Assembly (NCBI GenBank): GCA_963833425.1
Contig: CAWHXP010000003.1
Span: forward strand, 1-64,000
DNA: 64,000 nt
Direction: 5' to 3'
DNA from: an uncultured Methanosarcinaceae archaeon
GTDB taxonomy: Archaea; Halobacteriota; Methanosarcinia; Methanosarcinales; Methanosarcinaceae
Under the pieces are notes generated by a model. The model was given only the letters and a program-made list of their open reading frames with translations. It was not told the DNA's origin and did no database searches. Position numbers and translations under genes: made by a program. Every line of letters begins with the position of its first letter. The stretch's first letter is position 1. Positions 13,153 through 25,892 of the stretch are shown piece after piece.

Positions 13153-13225
13153 TCTGGTTACAGATAATATGAGAAAATAATAGATGCTCAAGAAACCCAA
13201 GAATTCAGGTTTCGATCTTTTTCTT

Positions 13226-14511
13226 TTATCGGGAAGGATAGACTCTAGTTTCAGATCGCTTTTCCCTGACTAACGGTTTTGCAAGGTGCCTTCTGGCACA
13301 GGGTGGAACCTCGTAAAGTCCTACTTTGAGATCTCGTTTCACTTCATACTGATTTTCGAGGGGGTTCTTATCCTGCATTTTTTACAGCGTAAACCCTGCC
13401 CTTGTCCTGCAGATTTCATATGCTTCCCACAATTAGGACATTTTGGATTTTCTTCGGCATGAAGAGGCGCAAGATTTTTAATTTCCATTTTTTCAATGTT
13501 CAGCGTCCCTGAGCTGGCAGTTCCCGAAAGTATAACTCTATCTCCTGACATGAGCCTCCTAACGATTACCCTGAAGTTCTTGGTAGGCTCAAAGGCTGCA
13601 CAGTCGATCTCGTCTCCAACTACCATCCCTAAGAGGAAAAAGACATGCCCTCCACGGATAGTATTCGGAGCTGCTGAAACAGTTCCCTCAATCTTGTAAG
13701 AATGCATATTTCGGATTTCAGCAATGTTTGTTGCAGGCAGAAGGTGCATATCAGTGCCCTGGTTTGTCCTGTACACAGCAAAGCGTTCAACAGGTTCAGA
13801 CCTGATGATCCCTGCAGCTTTAGTAACGATTTCCGGATTTTCTCCCCTAATTCCAAAGAGTACTGGATCAAATGAGTGAGGTATGCAGACTACAATCTTG
13901 TTTGTGAGATCCACAGTATCCCATGTTTTAGGGTATGTTTCCCTGTCAGCTTCAAAGACGCTTTCCTTATCCACTTTGCGTGGAGTCCCCCATTTTTCCT
14001 TCCGCCTGTATGCCAAGTGCTCAAAAGTGTTATCCAGTTCTTCAGGATTCAGCATGGCCCCGCAGGCTGCAAGAGCGCCTATAAGTCCTCTTCCGTTTTT
14101 GAAACCCTTTGAGCGAATCCCATGCTTTGAAATAATGTTTTTTGCCTTTTGTATCTCAATTACATCCAGTTATAGCCTCTGTTAAAAATTTTTTTAGGAC
14201 AACTTAAGATTCTCATATTCTTCTTCCAGGATGAAAACAACTCCTGGATTGGTTTTTTCACAGTCCATGTGTGCAAGTTCTTCGATTCTGGACAAAATAT
14301 AGGCAATTGCCTTTTCCGGGCAGTTTGTTTTAAGTTCCAGAGCTATTGCAGCATTTCCTCTTGTTTTATAGGGAATACTAGGGTTAAGGCGCACAAGGAA
14401 AGGAAGAGTTTCAACAGTCCCATACATCTGCAGTTCTTCAAGAAGCATAGCTCCCAGGTATGTGGTGCACATCCCTTCATTTGAGTCTGTATCATCAATT
14501 CCGATAATCAT
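13226..14511 (-). CDS. tiaS: tRNA(Ile2) agmatinylcytidine synthetase, broken by several single-base indels (probably sequencing errors)
   Basis: MIIGIDDTDSNEGMCTTY, RLNPSIPYKTRGNA, GRGLIGALAA, TNQGTDMH, GGHV, the Zn ribbon CPNCGKHMKSAG and a C-terminal YEVPPCARRHLAKPL found in a shifted frame. Confidence 0.92.
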
Positions 14512-14652
14512 TTATTTGTATTTTCGATATTTTTTACTGCTTCATGCAACTAGTTCTAGATAGTCACATTTTTTGTTATTCTCTTGCTACTTTATAGAGC
14601 ACTGCGAACGAAGCAACATGTATATAGATGATCAAACAGAAATAAATACTGA

Positions 14653-15637
14653 ATGTCAAAAGAGGATCTCATGCATCAAATTATTGATGTATTGTCACGC
14701 GCAGGCTTTTCACTCTCTGACCGCTGCAACATTCGTCCGAGAAGCTTTGACGTCGCTGCACGGAAAGGTGAAATACTACTATTTTGCAAGGTATTATTTA
14801 ATATTGACGGCCTGAATGAAGAAACTGCTAGGGAGATGAAATACCTAGCCGAGTATATTGGCGGTTCTGCTATTGTCGTGGGGGCCAAGACAAGGGATCA
14901 GATGCTTGAAGATAGCGTCGTTTACATGCGTTATGATATTCTTGCCCTGAATGTTCGGACCCTTCACGACTACTTTATTGAAAACATTCCACCATTAGTT
15001 TCAGCTGCTCCCGGTGGGATTATATGTTTCAATTGAGGGAGATACCCTCAAAAAAGCTAGGATGAATCAGTCGATGTCTTTGGGGGCACTTGCGGCAACA
15101 GTAGGTGTTTCAAGGAGAACTATTAGTAAATATGAGGAAGAAGGAATGGATACTTCTATTGGTATCCTACTCCAGTTAGAAGATATTTTTGAGGTTGAGC
15201 TGGCAAGACCCATAAATATTCTGAAATCTTGTGGGAATCGGAAATCCAGGAAAAAGACAGAATCCGGAACAGAAACTCACAAAAAATCCTGCATGCTTTT
15301 ACCGGAAGATTTGATCCTTAATATGATTTCCACTCTTGGATATGATGTTTTTCCCATAGCTCAGGCACCTTTCAAAGCTGTTTCACGAGATAAGTCTTCA
15401 GTTATCCTCACAGGTGTCAGCGAATTCAACACAACCATTATCAAACGAGCTAGCCTGATGAGCAGCATTTCCTCTGTTACAAAGACACAATCAGTTTTTA
15501 TTATCAATGGATGTTCCAAAATTAAATCCGTGGAAAATACAGTTTTGATCGAAAAGAAGGAACTTGACAGGATAAGTGATTCTCAGGAACTCCTTAATTT
15601 CATAGAGGAACGAAAGGAAAATTACAGTAAAGCATAA
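14653..15637 (+). CDS. Conserved archaeal HTH transcriptional regulator (COG1395-like), one frameshift near 15015
   Basis: ORF 14653..15036 (RSFDVAARK...KVLFNIDGL...SAAPGG) joins ORF 15014..15637 (GLYVSIEG, HTH LAATVGVSRRTISKYEE). Confidence 0.85.
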
Positions 15638-16224
15638 TTCTCAAAGTTGCATTAGCAAAGTTGCAACTCTGCCATTAGCTGTCAATTTTACTTTGCTCAA
15701 GAGAACTAATTTTATAGAAGATTTCGATAAAACTTAAATCTTTTAATATGCTTATAAACCGCATATAAATGGCTTTTAATTATCATGGCTTTGAACATAA
15801 AATCTTGGATTTACACCTAAAGTCCAAACCTTCTCAAAAATAGTTGCAACGCTATATATAGAACATTAATGATCCTTTTTCAGTCGGGTAAATTTACACG
15901 CTACTTTCATCTCTTCTTGTGTACTTGACATCTATCTTCCGTTTTTGATATATATTGGAGAAAGTCCATAAACTCAGCAAGCTAAGGGGTATTTGACTGT
16001 AATAAGAACAGAAAATATCAGGGAAAAAACTAGCAAAGAGCTAAACAGAAGAAAAAGGTATTTGGAGCATTCCTCAAACAATATCCAGTATTTAGACCAA
16101 CATTTTCAATACCCATTGATATAAAATGAGGACTAGATAACAGGAAAGTACTACATAAGCAGAGAATTTCCCAGGGAATTAATGGAGGAGGAAGATCAGT
16201 GGAAAAAGCGATTCGAGAGATACT

Positions 16225-16824
16225 ATGATAAAATCAAAAGATGATTATAAATATTATTTAGAGGCTGATAGAATCGCATTAGGCCGAAAAAAAACGGGAG
16301 TGAGAATTGTTATAGATGAAATATGGACTTTTGAAAAATTATTAAGAAGAGTTGAATATTATCACAACTGCAAACAGTCAAAGATTTATAAAGTAATTTA
16401 TTTATATACGTATTTTAAATTTTTTATTTTAAGTGTTCTTCTTGGATTTAGCATCCCACCGAATGTTTTTGGTCCTGGGTTGTCTATCGGTCATAGAGGC
16501 ACTATCGTTGTCAGTCGATATGCTAAAATTGGAGCAAATTGCAGAATACATGTGTGTACTAGCATTGGTATAAAAGCGGGAGAATACATCGATGTCGCCC
16601 CTAAAATTGGAAAAAATGTTTACATTGGACCTGGAGCGAAAATTTTTGGAGATGTTATCATTGCCGATGGAATAGCTATTGGTGCCAATTCTGTTGTGAA
16701 TAAGTCATTTCACGAAAAAAATATCAGTATAGCTGGTGTTCCAGCTAAGAAGATCAGTGACAAAGGATCTGAAAGCTTGCTTATTAAAGCAACAGACCTT
16801 TTGAGAAATAACGATTTAAAGTAA
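16225..16824 (+). CDS. Hexapeptide-repeat acetyltransferase (serine acetyltransferase / WcaB-like)
   Basis: FSIPPNVFGPGLSIGHRGTIVVS...IGANCRIH...IGKNVYIGPGAKIFG...IGANSVVNKS...AGVPAK. Confidence 0.85.
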   Translation: MIKSKDDYKYYLEADRIALGRKKTGVRIVIDEIWTFEKLLRRVEYYHNCKQSKIYKVIYLYTYFKFFILSVLLGFSIPPNVFGPGLSIGHRGTIVVSRYAKIGANCRIHVCTSIGIKAGEYIDVAPKIGKNVYIGPGAKIFGDVIIADGIAIGANSVVNKSFHEKNISIAGVPAKKISDKGSESLLIKATDLLRNNDLK

Positions 16825-16882
16825 CTAAATAACGATTTAAAGTAACTAAATAACGATTTAAAGTAACTAAGTAACTGTAACT
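16806..16882 (+). repeat. Perfect 21-bp tandem repeat x3 plus partial copies, spanning the acetyltransferase stop codon
   Basis: AAATAACGATTTAAAGTAACT at 16806, 16827 and 16848, followed by AAGTAACT GTAACT. There are no spacers. Confidence 0.92.
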
Positions 16883-16989
16883 ATTAGAAACCCACGAATA
16901 AATTACACTTTTTAGAAGAAGTAGCGGTTTTAAACTAAGTCGTCACGATCAAGTCACTCGAAATTAGATTAGTACACTAAATTTTTTGA

Positions 16990-17280
16990 TATCAGCATTA
17001 AAACTATTCATTCTTCCAAAATGAACATCTATTCCTGTAAATATTCCAACCACGTTTATACCAAGTATCAATTTCATGTTCTGGTTTTATTGAAGGAGTT
17101 TATCAACGTAAACTATCGTGTTCTATAAAACTTATTAACATAATGAACAATATAAAATAAAAACTCGACCTTAATAAAATTCCCCAGTTCAGTACAATTC
17201 AAAAATTTGTATCCAAAATTACTCCCTCTCTGTTTTAACTTTCTTTTGCCAAAAACTATAAAGTTATTTACTCATAAGTA
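16990..17280 (+). mobile_element. IS5-family transposase N-terminal remnant
   Basis: Reads IYSCKYSNHVYTKYQFHVLVLLKEFINVNYR..KLDLNKIPQFSTIQKFVSKI with stops and frameshifts. This resembles the YSCKYS...YR...P.F.TIQKF pattern of methanogen IS5-type transposases. Confidence 0.65.
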
Positions 17281-18451
17281 AAATGAACATCTGATGAGCT
17301 TAAAGATATATAGGGAGTGTGCCATACTGGTTGGAAGAGCTCTCTTGCCTATGGTACACCACGGATGATTATAACATCCCCAACGGTCCATCTCTCCGAG
17401 ATTCGAAGCCTTTTTTTCAGCAGGATACATCATATCCGCGGTAACCGGTGTAATAGTTAGTAGTAGTCTCTTAAATTTCATAGAAAAGAAAGCGACAAAA
17501 AAATAAAAAACCTATAGCTTTTTGGATCATAATAATTTAAATTTAAATTTTTTTTGACAAAAATGAAAATTGTTTGGTCTAAAAGAGTTCAATTACTTGC
17601 TTTAGTGTCTGGATTTGTAGCAGGCAAGTATATAGGATATATTCTGAGAGAATGGGCTTGATATTTTATCTGATTTGAATAGGAGTGAGGGGAGAGAAAA
17701 TGTTGAAAACCCTTCCAAGAACTCGGTATCTTGTTTTAGAAATCTGAAACTTCCAAGCTTCTCACACTTATAGATAAAGAATTCCACAACCACAGCTGCG
17801 ATGAAAAGGTTTCAGATATTCTTATTTTTCTATATATGTTGGATAGACATATGAATTTATGACAATTTCATATTTCATATTTTTCTTAAATTTTTTCATA
17901 TTTTATGATATAAAATTTAAAAATGATATTACCGGTCTCATTTTTAAGTCAAAGATTATTTCAATTTGTCATTAATTTCATAGCTATTATTCGCTACACA
18001 TTATAAAGTATGAACTAAATACAGTCTAATAAATAAATATATACTCAATTCAGACTGTAAATAATGAAGTAAAAATAATTATAAAACAAATTCCTTTAAA
18101 TTCATTAATCTAGAAGATTCAGTTGTATACTAATGTTTATCAGGGATTTGGAGACTTTTTAATATTTTCTGAGATCCTAAAATTTACCATTCATTCCTCT
18201 AGCAATTGACTGCAATCAATCAAAAGCTCAGAAAATAATAACAGGTCTCAAAAAGAATCATGAATGTTGAGTTTTCGAAAAAAGCTAGAGGATCGAGCAT
18301 GCACATTATTTAGGATAGGGGAGAAGCGCATAATTTTAGTTTTTTAAATTCTGATTTCAGCTACCTTATGTAAGTCAAAATAATTTTGTGAGAATTCGCA
18401 CAGTTTATGGATGCCAAAGTTTAATTAGTGCAGAGTTAGTAGTCCCACTTA

Positions 18452-20989
18452 ATGAAGTCTGAAAAACCGGAACTTCTAGCTCCAGCCGGAGGCATGAAAG
18501 CCCTTATTGCAGCAGTAGTAAATGGAGCAGATGCCGTCTACCTTGGAGCTCAGGTTTTCAGTGCTAGGGGGTATGCATCGAATTTCTCAGAAAAAGAATT
18601 GGAAGAAGCAATTGATTATGCCCATCTCAGAGGCGTGAAGGTATACTTCACTGTAAATACTCTACTTAAGGATGGAGAAGTTAATAGCGCCCTCAAACTT
18701 ATTTATTGCCTGAGAGAAATGGGAGCAGATGCAATTATCATCCAGGACCTGGGGTTGATTTATCTAGTCAGGAAATATCTACCAGACCTTCCACTGCATG
18801 CAAGCACGCAGATGACTTTGCATAACAGCGAAGGAGTCGAATTTATAAAAAAATTAGGAATCAAAAGAGTTGTGCTCTCGAGGGAATCCTCCCTTGAAAA
18901 TATAATACTGATAAAAGAAAAAAGTGAAATTGATATCGAAATTTTTATCCATGGAGCTTTATGCATTTCCTATTCTGGTCAATGTCTCCTAAGCAGTCTT
19001 ATAGGTGGCAGAAGTGGAAACCGAGGATACTGTGCTCAACCATGTCGAAAAAAGTATAGGCTGTACTGCAAAGGGAAAAATATCATAACAACCGGAGACT
19101 ATCTCTTAAGTCCAAAGGACCTTAACACAAGTTTAGATCTGGGAGCTCTTATAGAAGCTGGGATCAAGTCTTTCAAAATAGAGGGCAGAATGAAGAGATC
19201 TGAATATGTTGCAGGTGTTGTCAAGGTCTATCGTCGTCTTATAGACAGGTATGCTGAAAATCCTGCAGACTATTATGTTTCCGAAGAAGAACAGGAAATA
19301 CTTACCCAGATTTTTAACAGAAGTTTTACATCTGGCTACTTCTTCGAAACTCCACATGGAAAACTCATGTGCAGGGAAAATCCACATAATCGTGGAATTC
19401 CAGCAGGCACTGTTGTTGGGCATGATAAGAGTTCAAATCAAATTTTTGTAAAGCTTTCACACATTCTCCAACTTGGTGATGGAATAATGGTCAAAAACGC
19501 CGTAACCATGTCAGAAGATAAAGGAAAAATCGTATCTTCAATGCTTACTGAGAAAGGTCCTATATATAGAGCAGAAAAAGGAGATATAGTTAAGCTTTCC
19601 TTTGATTCAAGGGTACCATCAGGAAGTGAGATATACAAAACTCAGGATCGGAAACTTATGGAGTACCTTAAAAGAGAAAGTGAATCCAAAACTTTGAGGC
19701 CCAAGATTTATGTATCCATCACCTTAACCGCTAAAGTAGGAAGACCTATAAAGCTCGTGATAAAGGACAGAGATTCAAACATAATAACAATCGAATCCGA
19801 ATACCTTGTCGAGAAGGCAGAGAAGCACCCAATTTCAACAGCTCAGATAGAAAAACAGCTATCAAAGCTTGGAAACACACTCTTTGAGGCAACTGAGCTT
19901 AAAGTGAATTTGGTAGGGGATGTTTTTGTTCCTGTGGGCCAGTTGAACTACCTGAGAGCAAAAGCAATCTTACAGTTAGAAAATCTACGTATATCAAAGT
20001 GGAAGCGAAAACCTTTTAGTCATATGAAATTCCCTTGTCAAGTTAAAAAGATGAGAAGTGAAAGAGAAGACCTTGCCCCGAAAAACTTTCCAGTACATCC
20101 TATGCTCTCAGTATCCGTATATTCCTTAAAAGGGCTCGAAGGAGCGATTTCAGGAGGAGCAGATTGCATTTACTTCGAAGAGGAGTTCCCCAGAAAATCA
20201 ACAATCGCGGGACAAAAAAAAAATGCTAGGGATAAAGGTGTCATTTTCGAAAAAGCTGTTTTTAAAGCCCGTGCTGCAGGCAGAAAAATATATTTTGGTA
20301 CCCCAAAGATTGTGAAAGACCCAGAAATGGAATCCGTAAAAAAAACCCTATTTCTTACCAAGAATTTGGAAGCTGATGGCGTTCTTGTATCAAATCTTGG
20401 GACCCTAAACCTCGCAAAAGCAGAGAATATTCCTTTTATTGTAGACAGTTCTTTAAATATACTTAATAGCTTTACCTTTTCTTACTTTTTGCATTCAGGA
20501 GCTCAAATGGCTGTAATTTCTCCGGAGCTGACGCTTGAAGAACTAAAAGACATCGCATCTTGCGGGCCTGCAGAATGTATCGTCCACGGAAGGCTTGAAT
20601 TAATGGTATCTGAACACTGCCTTGTAGGCGGGCTGATTGATAAAGATCCTAAATATTGCAGTGCACCATGCAATTCTGGAAATTTTACACTGGTCGACGA
20701 AAAATATTACGAATTTCCTCTGCTCATGGACTATCAGTGCAGGATGCATATCCTCAATTCTAAATCTCTCTGCATGCTTGAACATGTACCTAAACTTCTT
20801 GAAAGCGGAGTCTTAAGTCTACGGATAGGTACTCTCAAAATGAAAAACGATGACGAAATCAGGAAAGTAACCTGGGAGTACAGGAACGCAATTGATACCT
20901 ATCTCAAAGACAGAAATGTGGAGCACAAAAAGAGTGGAAATCAGGGAAAAGGTTTCACTACAGGACATTATTTTAGAGGTGTGCAGTAA
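18452..20989 (+). CDS. Peptidase U32-family Fe-S protein with a DUF3656-type extension (RlhA-like O2-independent RNA hydroxylase)
   Basis: 845 aa with ELLAPAG, GADAVY, HASTQ, HGALCISYSGQC...GNRGYCAQPCR, KIEGRMK and C-terminal TTGHYFRGV. Confidence 0.9.
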   Translation: MKSEKPELLAPAGGMKALIAAVVNGADAVYLGAQVFSARGYASNFSEKELEEAIDYAHLRGVKVYFTVNTLLKDGEVNSALKLIYCLREMGADAIIIQDLGLIYLVRKYLPDLPLHASTQMTLHNSEGVEFIKKLGIKRVVLSRESSLENIILIKEKSEIDIEIFIHGALCISYSGQCLLSSLIGGRSGNRGYCAQPCRKKYRLYCKGKNIITTGDYLLSPKDLNTSLDLGALIEAGIKSFKIEGRMKRSEYVAGVVKVYRRLIDRYAENPADYYVSEEEQEILTQIFNRSFTSGYFFETPHGKLMCRENPHNRGIPAGTVVGHDKSSNQIFVKLSHILQLGDGIMVKNAVTMSEDKGKIVSSMLTEKGPIYRAEKGDIVKLSFDSRVPSGSEIYKTQDRKLMEYLKRESESKTLRPKIYVSITLTAKVGRPIKLVIKDRDSNIITIESEYLVEKAEKHPISTAQIEKQLSKLGNTLFEATELKVNLVGDVFVPVGQLNYLRAKAILQLENLRISKWKRKPFSHMKFPCQVKKMRSEREDLAPKNFPVHPMLSVSVYSLKGLEGAISGGADCIYFEEEFPRKSTIAGQKKNARDKGVIFEKAVFKARAAGRKIYFGTPKIVKDPEMESVKKTLFLTKNLEADGVLVSNLGTLNLAKAENIPFIVDSSLNILNSFTFSYFLHSGAQMAVISPELTLEELKDIASCGPAECIVHGRLELMVSEHCLVGGLIDKDPKYCSAPCNSGNFTLVDEKYYEFPLLMDYQCRMHILNSKSLCMLEHVPKLLESGVLSLRIGTLKMKNDDEIRKVTWEYRNAIDTYLKDRNVEHKKSGNQGKGFTTGHYFRGVQ

Positions 20990-21559
20990 AAAAATCCGGC
21001 GTAGTAAAAAATAGATAGAAAGGCAAAGGATATTAAAAGTAAGTCGATAAATGATCTCAACATAATAGTTTTTTTCTCCAAACAAAAATGCAATCAAATA
21101 AATTGTTTAATTTATCTCAAAAATAAAATGAAAAGCCTTACAACATAACTTCGGCCTAGTCGTCTTATTAGATCTATTTTCAGTTTTATGGAGCGCATTC
21201 CAAGAGTATAATAATAAATTTTCGTTCGTTACTTATCTTACAATGTTACCATTAAGTGTGTATCCCTTTAGATATGGTGACTCGGAGAGGACATCTTTCT
21301 CTCTTTGCCCCATAAATAGATTCATTTATTTCTGAATTAAAACAAATCAAAATGTGGCTTATTTATAAATAAAAATATATAACAAGAACACTCTTGATTT
21401 CTTACTGCATTTCGTGAAAAACCGAATTATCTATTTCAAAGCAAAAAATAGCAATATAATTCATAAATTCGTCAACAAAAAGGACAAAGAATGTAGATTC
21501 GCTATAATGAATTATATGAATAAATAGCGTTCAGAAAAATATCAATTCGAAGAGGTATG

Positions 21560-22815
21560 TTCTGCATATGGTCACATCATGATGTAAGGTGAAAAAACTT
21601 GGAGTTCCTTTTAAATTTATTAATACATGGAATAGCTGGTGCATATATAGTAGCACTTGTTACTTATTTAGGGGATAAATAGGATCAAATACCTGTCATA
21701 ATAAAAAAAAGTTCATTTTATGGTTAGTATTATTATATTTTTATTCGGATGGCTTATTTATTCAACATATTTCCTGGATATAAATCAACCATTTGATGAT
21801 AAATTAACAAAAACTTATAATTTTGGATCAGCTCATAATATAAAAGGATCGCAGAGCACGGAATAGACATTTTCGCAAGTGTTAAAAATATGTAACTGTT
21901 ACTAAAATTTTTACAAATTTAATTAGTTACCTACTAGTCGCCTCCTTTTTTTTATTTATTATCCTTTTTTATTTTATCCTGTTAGTTATCAATAAAAAAT
22001 CATTGAAAAATCCTACATTATCAATGCCAATTTTCTATGCTTCTATCAGTTCTACATTACTGATAACGCTACTATCAGCTTTCTTTTCAAGGGTAAAAAT
22101 ACAAACCTTATACTTGGAAGATATATTGCGCCAATCGTAACAATAATAGTGATAGTCGGAATTATATGTATAAGTAATATTGATCAAAAAATAATGAATA
22201 AGCTGAATATTATTAATTTTATAGCTCTCTGCATTCCTCTCATACTTATTATACCATATATTTTCGCCTGAAATAATATTATTATCAATGTATTCAATGA
22301 CCTACAAAATAATCCGACACTGTATGCATAAGTGTATTTTATGGGTATTCTACATTTAATGCACTCACAAAATTTTATGAGCCGAGTTTTACAACCCCCA
22401 AGCAAAGAATTTCATCATATTTACCACCATCATTATTTATGTACATCTATTTTTTGGCGATGGTAGCTTTAATAACATTACCAATGAAAAAAAAGCATTA
22501 TATCAATCTTCTATTGATCTTTATCATCACTTCATCCTCGATTTTTTTCTACCATATTATACCACGTTTCAGCAGCAAAATCAAATGATGAAATGAATAA
22601 TAGTATAGCAAAATTTTTAACAAACAGTACAAATAACAGAACTATCTATCTCATTGATCAAGCTACTACTTTTACAAACGCAAACATCGAAAAGTACGTG
22701 TATGGATTTTGGAATAAAGGAAATAGCAGTTATGTTAATTCTGGAAAGATTTCTCGAATGGCCATGGAATCAAACAAAACAACATACTTGATATCGACAA
22801 AATCGTTGTCATGAT
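21560..22815 (+). pseudogene. Heavily decayed polytopic membrane protein (possibly glycan-related)
   Basis: Runs of hydrophobic codons broken by many stops. A soluble C-terminal fragment survives as ORF 22593..22814. The family cannot be identified by eye. Confidence 0.35.
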
Positions 22816-22976
22816 AAAATAGCTAAAGATGGCAATTTTACTCTTTACCTACTAAAGGGTGCTTTCCCATTAAGCAGTTGATATCTTTAAGAGGATTTCG
22901 AGAAACCACAATTTTTGGTTGGTTTTTTATAGAGCAGATATAATTAATTTATTGAAATCGGATGTTTATCGAAATT

Positions 22977-24795
22977 TTATGGAATATATTCTGTGTTCCA
23001 CGATTCATTTCGTGATGTTATCCCCAGACCAGATAATTTGAGTTGATAATTTATTAGATCCGAAACATCTGGATTTGTAGCTCTCACTTGATAATAGTTT
23101 TGTATTGGAGTTATTGTTACTTTTGGAGGAGTCGCAGAATACTGATGAATGACCATATAATCAACTTGTATTTTTTTTTGATTGCCTCGTGAAGATATGA
23201 GGATATCTCACAACTCCTACACCACCTTCATTCGAAATATAAGCTTTACTCCCATCTATAATGAATATCTTTGAGTTTCCAGTTCTCGAAATATCGTAAA
23301 TGTGCCAAGTTCCAAACCAAGACGATCCTGTTTTATGGAGATCATATGTAGACCCACCTTATTCTAGATCATTGGTATCGTCAATAGATGCAAGGCTATT
23401 TGAATTAATTGCTATTGAATAGGTGCTTAACCCAAGTTTGCATATCTGGCAACTAGCTGAATGGCTTTTTACCCCCACATTAGCTCTAATTATCAAACGG
23501 TTGTTTTCAATGCACCCCTGGTTAGCCATTATCCACTCTTCACCATAATTGTAGTCAGTAGGATTTCCTGTAACGGTTAGGATACTATTATTGATATCCA
23601 TTTGACCAGTATTTTGTTTATAGTTCCATTTACTTGGATCCGGAACAATATGGGGATTTGCTGTTAACTGTTTCAAATCGATTTTTTCATTATATGTAAT
23701 TCCATGAGTACCCGAAGTCGTGTCCCTCCCTCCTATTACATATAAACTACTACCCGAAATAGCAGTTCCTACTCCACCCTGGGATGTAAACCTAAAGCAA
23801 ATCTCTGATGACCATAAATGAGTTGTAATATTATAATAATAAATTTCTGAATGGAAAATGCTTGAAGGCCCCCGACCGTAACCCATAATAATTTTATCTC
23901 CATACCATGTATTCTCACGTGTATGCCCATATACTGAATACGGCGCCGTAGAGAGAGGATTAGACCACGATTAGAGGACATATCATAAGCATATACGCCG
24001 TTACTTCCCGCCTTTCCACAAAGATTTCGGGCGCCTCCAAGCAAATATATTTAATTATTAGCTGGGTAATATACTAACCCACCCCAAGAAACGTTAACCG
24101 GACAATTTGCCAGTTGTGTGTAAGTGTCGGTATCTGTGATGTGTTTATAAGAATAAATTGCCCAATAAGAGATAGTTATTCATGCCATCCGTAACCGACA
24201 TCAAACCCTGATGAGAAATAGCAGTAGGCATTTGAACTGAGTCTAAGGTCCAAGAGTTTGTTGTAATGTTATAAATCTGGAGATGAGGAATTGAATTTAT
24301 CCCAAACCTATCGTTGTTACCACCATAACAGTTAATTCTATCTGCATAATTTATTGTTGTTACGCTCTATGTAGCGATGGGCATTGTCGCACCCTGCGTC
24401 CAAGAATCATTGTCCAAATCATAAATCTGTTCATTGTTGAGAATTACAGAAGTTGAGGATCCATAGCCACCTGTCGCATAAATTTTATGATTATACAATA
24501 TAAGAGTTACGTCAGCAGCTCCTGTCAACAACCCTGCTTTTTGTGTGACTATGCCGTCATATTGTATCGCTGAAGACGAAGTAAAATCTTCAAAAAAAGT
24601 GGGAAATACAGCGTTACCATTTGGAGAAAACCCTGCTGCTTTAGCGAGATTAAAGGTTATGGAACTTCCAGATGGAATCGTTTTTGAAATCCATAAATTA
24701 TTATTGTCATCAATCCAGTAAGAAGCAGAGGCATTTGAAAATGCGAGTGTACCTAGTACTACTATCGAAAACAAAGTTAGATTAAATTTCATCAA
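22977..24795 (-). pseudogene. Secreted Kelch-repeat protein with DUF2341-like segments, fragmented
   Basis: Signal peptide MKFNLTLFSIVVLGTLAFSNASA and Kelch blades (KIYATGGY...EQIYDLDNDSW; RINCYGG...LQIYNITTNSW; SLYVIGGR). There is a TAG at 24367, a TAA at 23359 and several frameshifts. Confidence 0.75.
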
Positions 24796-25233
24796 GATTC
24801 AGCTCTAAGAATAATGCAATATTATTCGACATTTATTAGATATAAATTATCAAATAAGTCCATTTTAAGATAAATTTTGGGTTTGCATTATATATAAGTT
24901 TCGATTATTTTACTTACCTTGAAAAAAAACCCACCAGTACTTGAATATATTAAAAAATCGGGGAATAGTAGTTGTTTTCCCCTTATTCCATTTTTTTTTC
25001 GAGCATACTAACCACAGAAATGAGTTTAGACGGCGAATAAATAGCAAAAAATAACAATCGTTTTCGTAGAAGACAAAAAACTGGAGATACTCTGTATAAT
25101 TTCCTGGCGTAATTTCTGATTATAATTGTCAGTGACTGAGCAGAAAATAGATATCAACTACAAGTAATATTACACTTTGAAGCCTGTTCGGCCGAAATTC
25201 TAGCACACATTTTTTAGCAGTTCAAAAATTCTG

Positions 25234-25560
25234 TTGACTTTTGGTGGGGCGACTTTTAATAAATCTGCTTACTTCCGTTGGGCGAATTTTACCAATCTAG
25301 CCAGCTTCTTTGGAGTGAATTTTAATAATTTTGTTGACTTCAATTATGCGAATTTTAACAATTCTGCTAACTTTCTTGTGGCGACATTTAATAATTCTGC
25401 TGACTTCGGGGAGGCTAATTATAATAATTCCGCTTACTTCACTGGGGGGTTTTTAAAAATTCTGTTTACTTCGATAGGGAGAATTTTCATGTTTTTGCCG
25501 ACTTCTATAAAGCGAATTTTAGTGAGCCCACCAAGTTATAGGGTCTCGGCTGGGATATAA
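25234..25560 (+). pseudogene. Pentapeptide-repeat protein fragment
   Basis: 11-residue periodicity ATFNKSAYF / ANFTNLASF / VNFNNFVDF / ANFNNSANF / ATFNNSADF. No proper start, and the frame shifts after about 25450. Confidence 0.7.
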
Positions 25561-25634
25561 AAATACTTGAAAATTCTACTACACTACAAAACTCAATGAT
25601 AATTATAAATAAGTTGTACTCCTAACTATGCTTT

Positions 25635-25892
25635 ATGGTAGTTGGAATTGCAGAAATTTCAGCATTTATTGTGGCACTTATAGTAGCTATCTTGCTATAT
25701 AAAGCTCTCAAAACTGCCACCAGCCTTGCTATAAATGCAATTCTTGGAATTCTATTACTGATTGCAGTAAAAATTTTTCTCGGACTTGAAATTGCAATCA
25801 CCTGGGTAGCAGTTCTTATCTGTGCAATGGGAGGCATTTTCGGAGCACTTATCATAATTGCGCTGAATTATCTTAAAATAGCTTTTTTATAA
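25635..25892 (+). CDS. BofA-family small membrane protein
   Basis: 85 aa, hydrophobic, with LAINAILGILLL...ITWVAVLICAMGGIFGALIII. Confidence 0.75.
   Translation: MVVGIAEISAFIVALIVAILLYKALKTATSLAINAILGILLLIAVKIFLGLEIAITWVAVLICAMGGIFGALIIIALNYLKIAFL

Noticed and set aside
16806..16882. CRISPR array
   Set aside because: The 21-bp units are head-to-tail with no spacers and overlap a CDS end.
17272..17793. Short minus-strand ORFs 17272..17481 and 17602..17793
   Set aside because: Probably gene remnants, but no recognisable family, RBS or consistent frame.
24367..24369. Pyrrolysine read-through of the in-frame TAG in the Kelch gene
   Set aside because: The frame does continue, but the same gene has a TAA and several frameshifts, so it is simply decayed.
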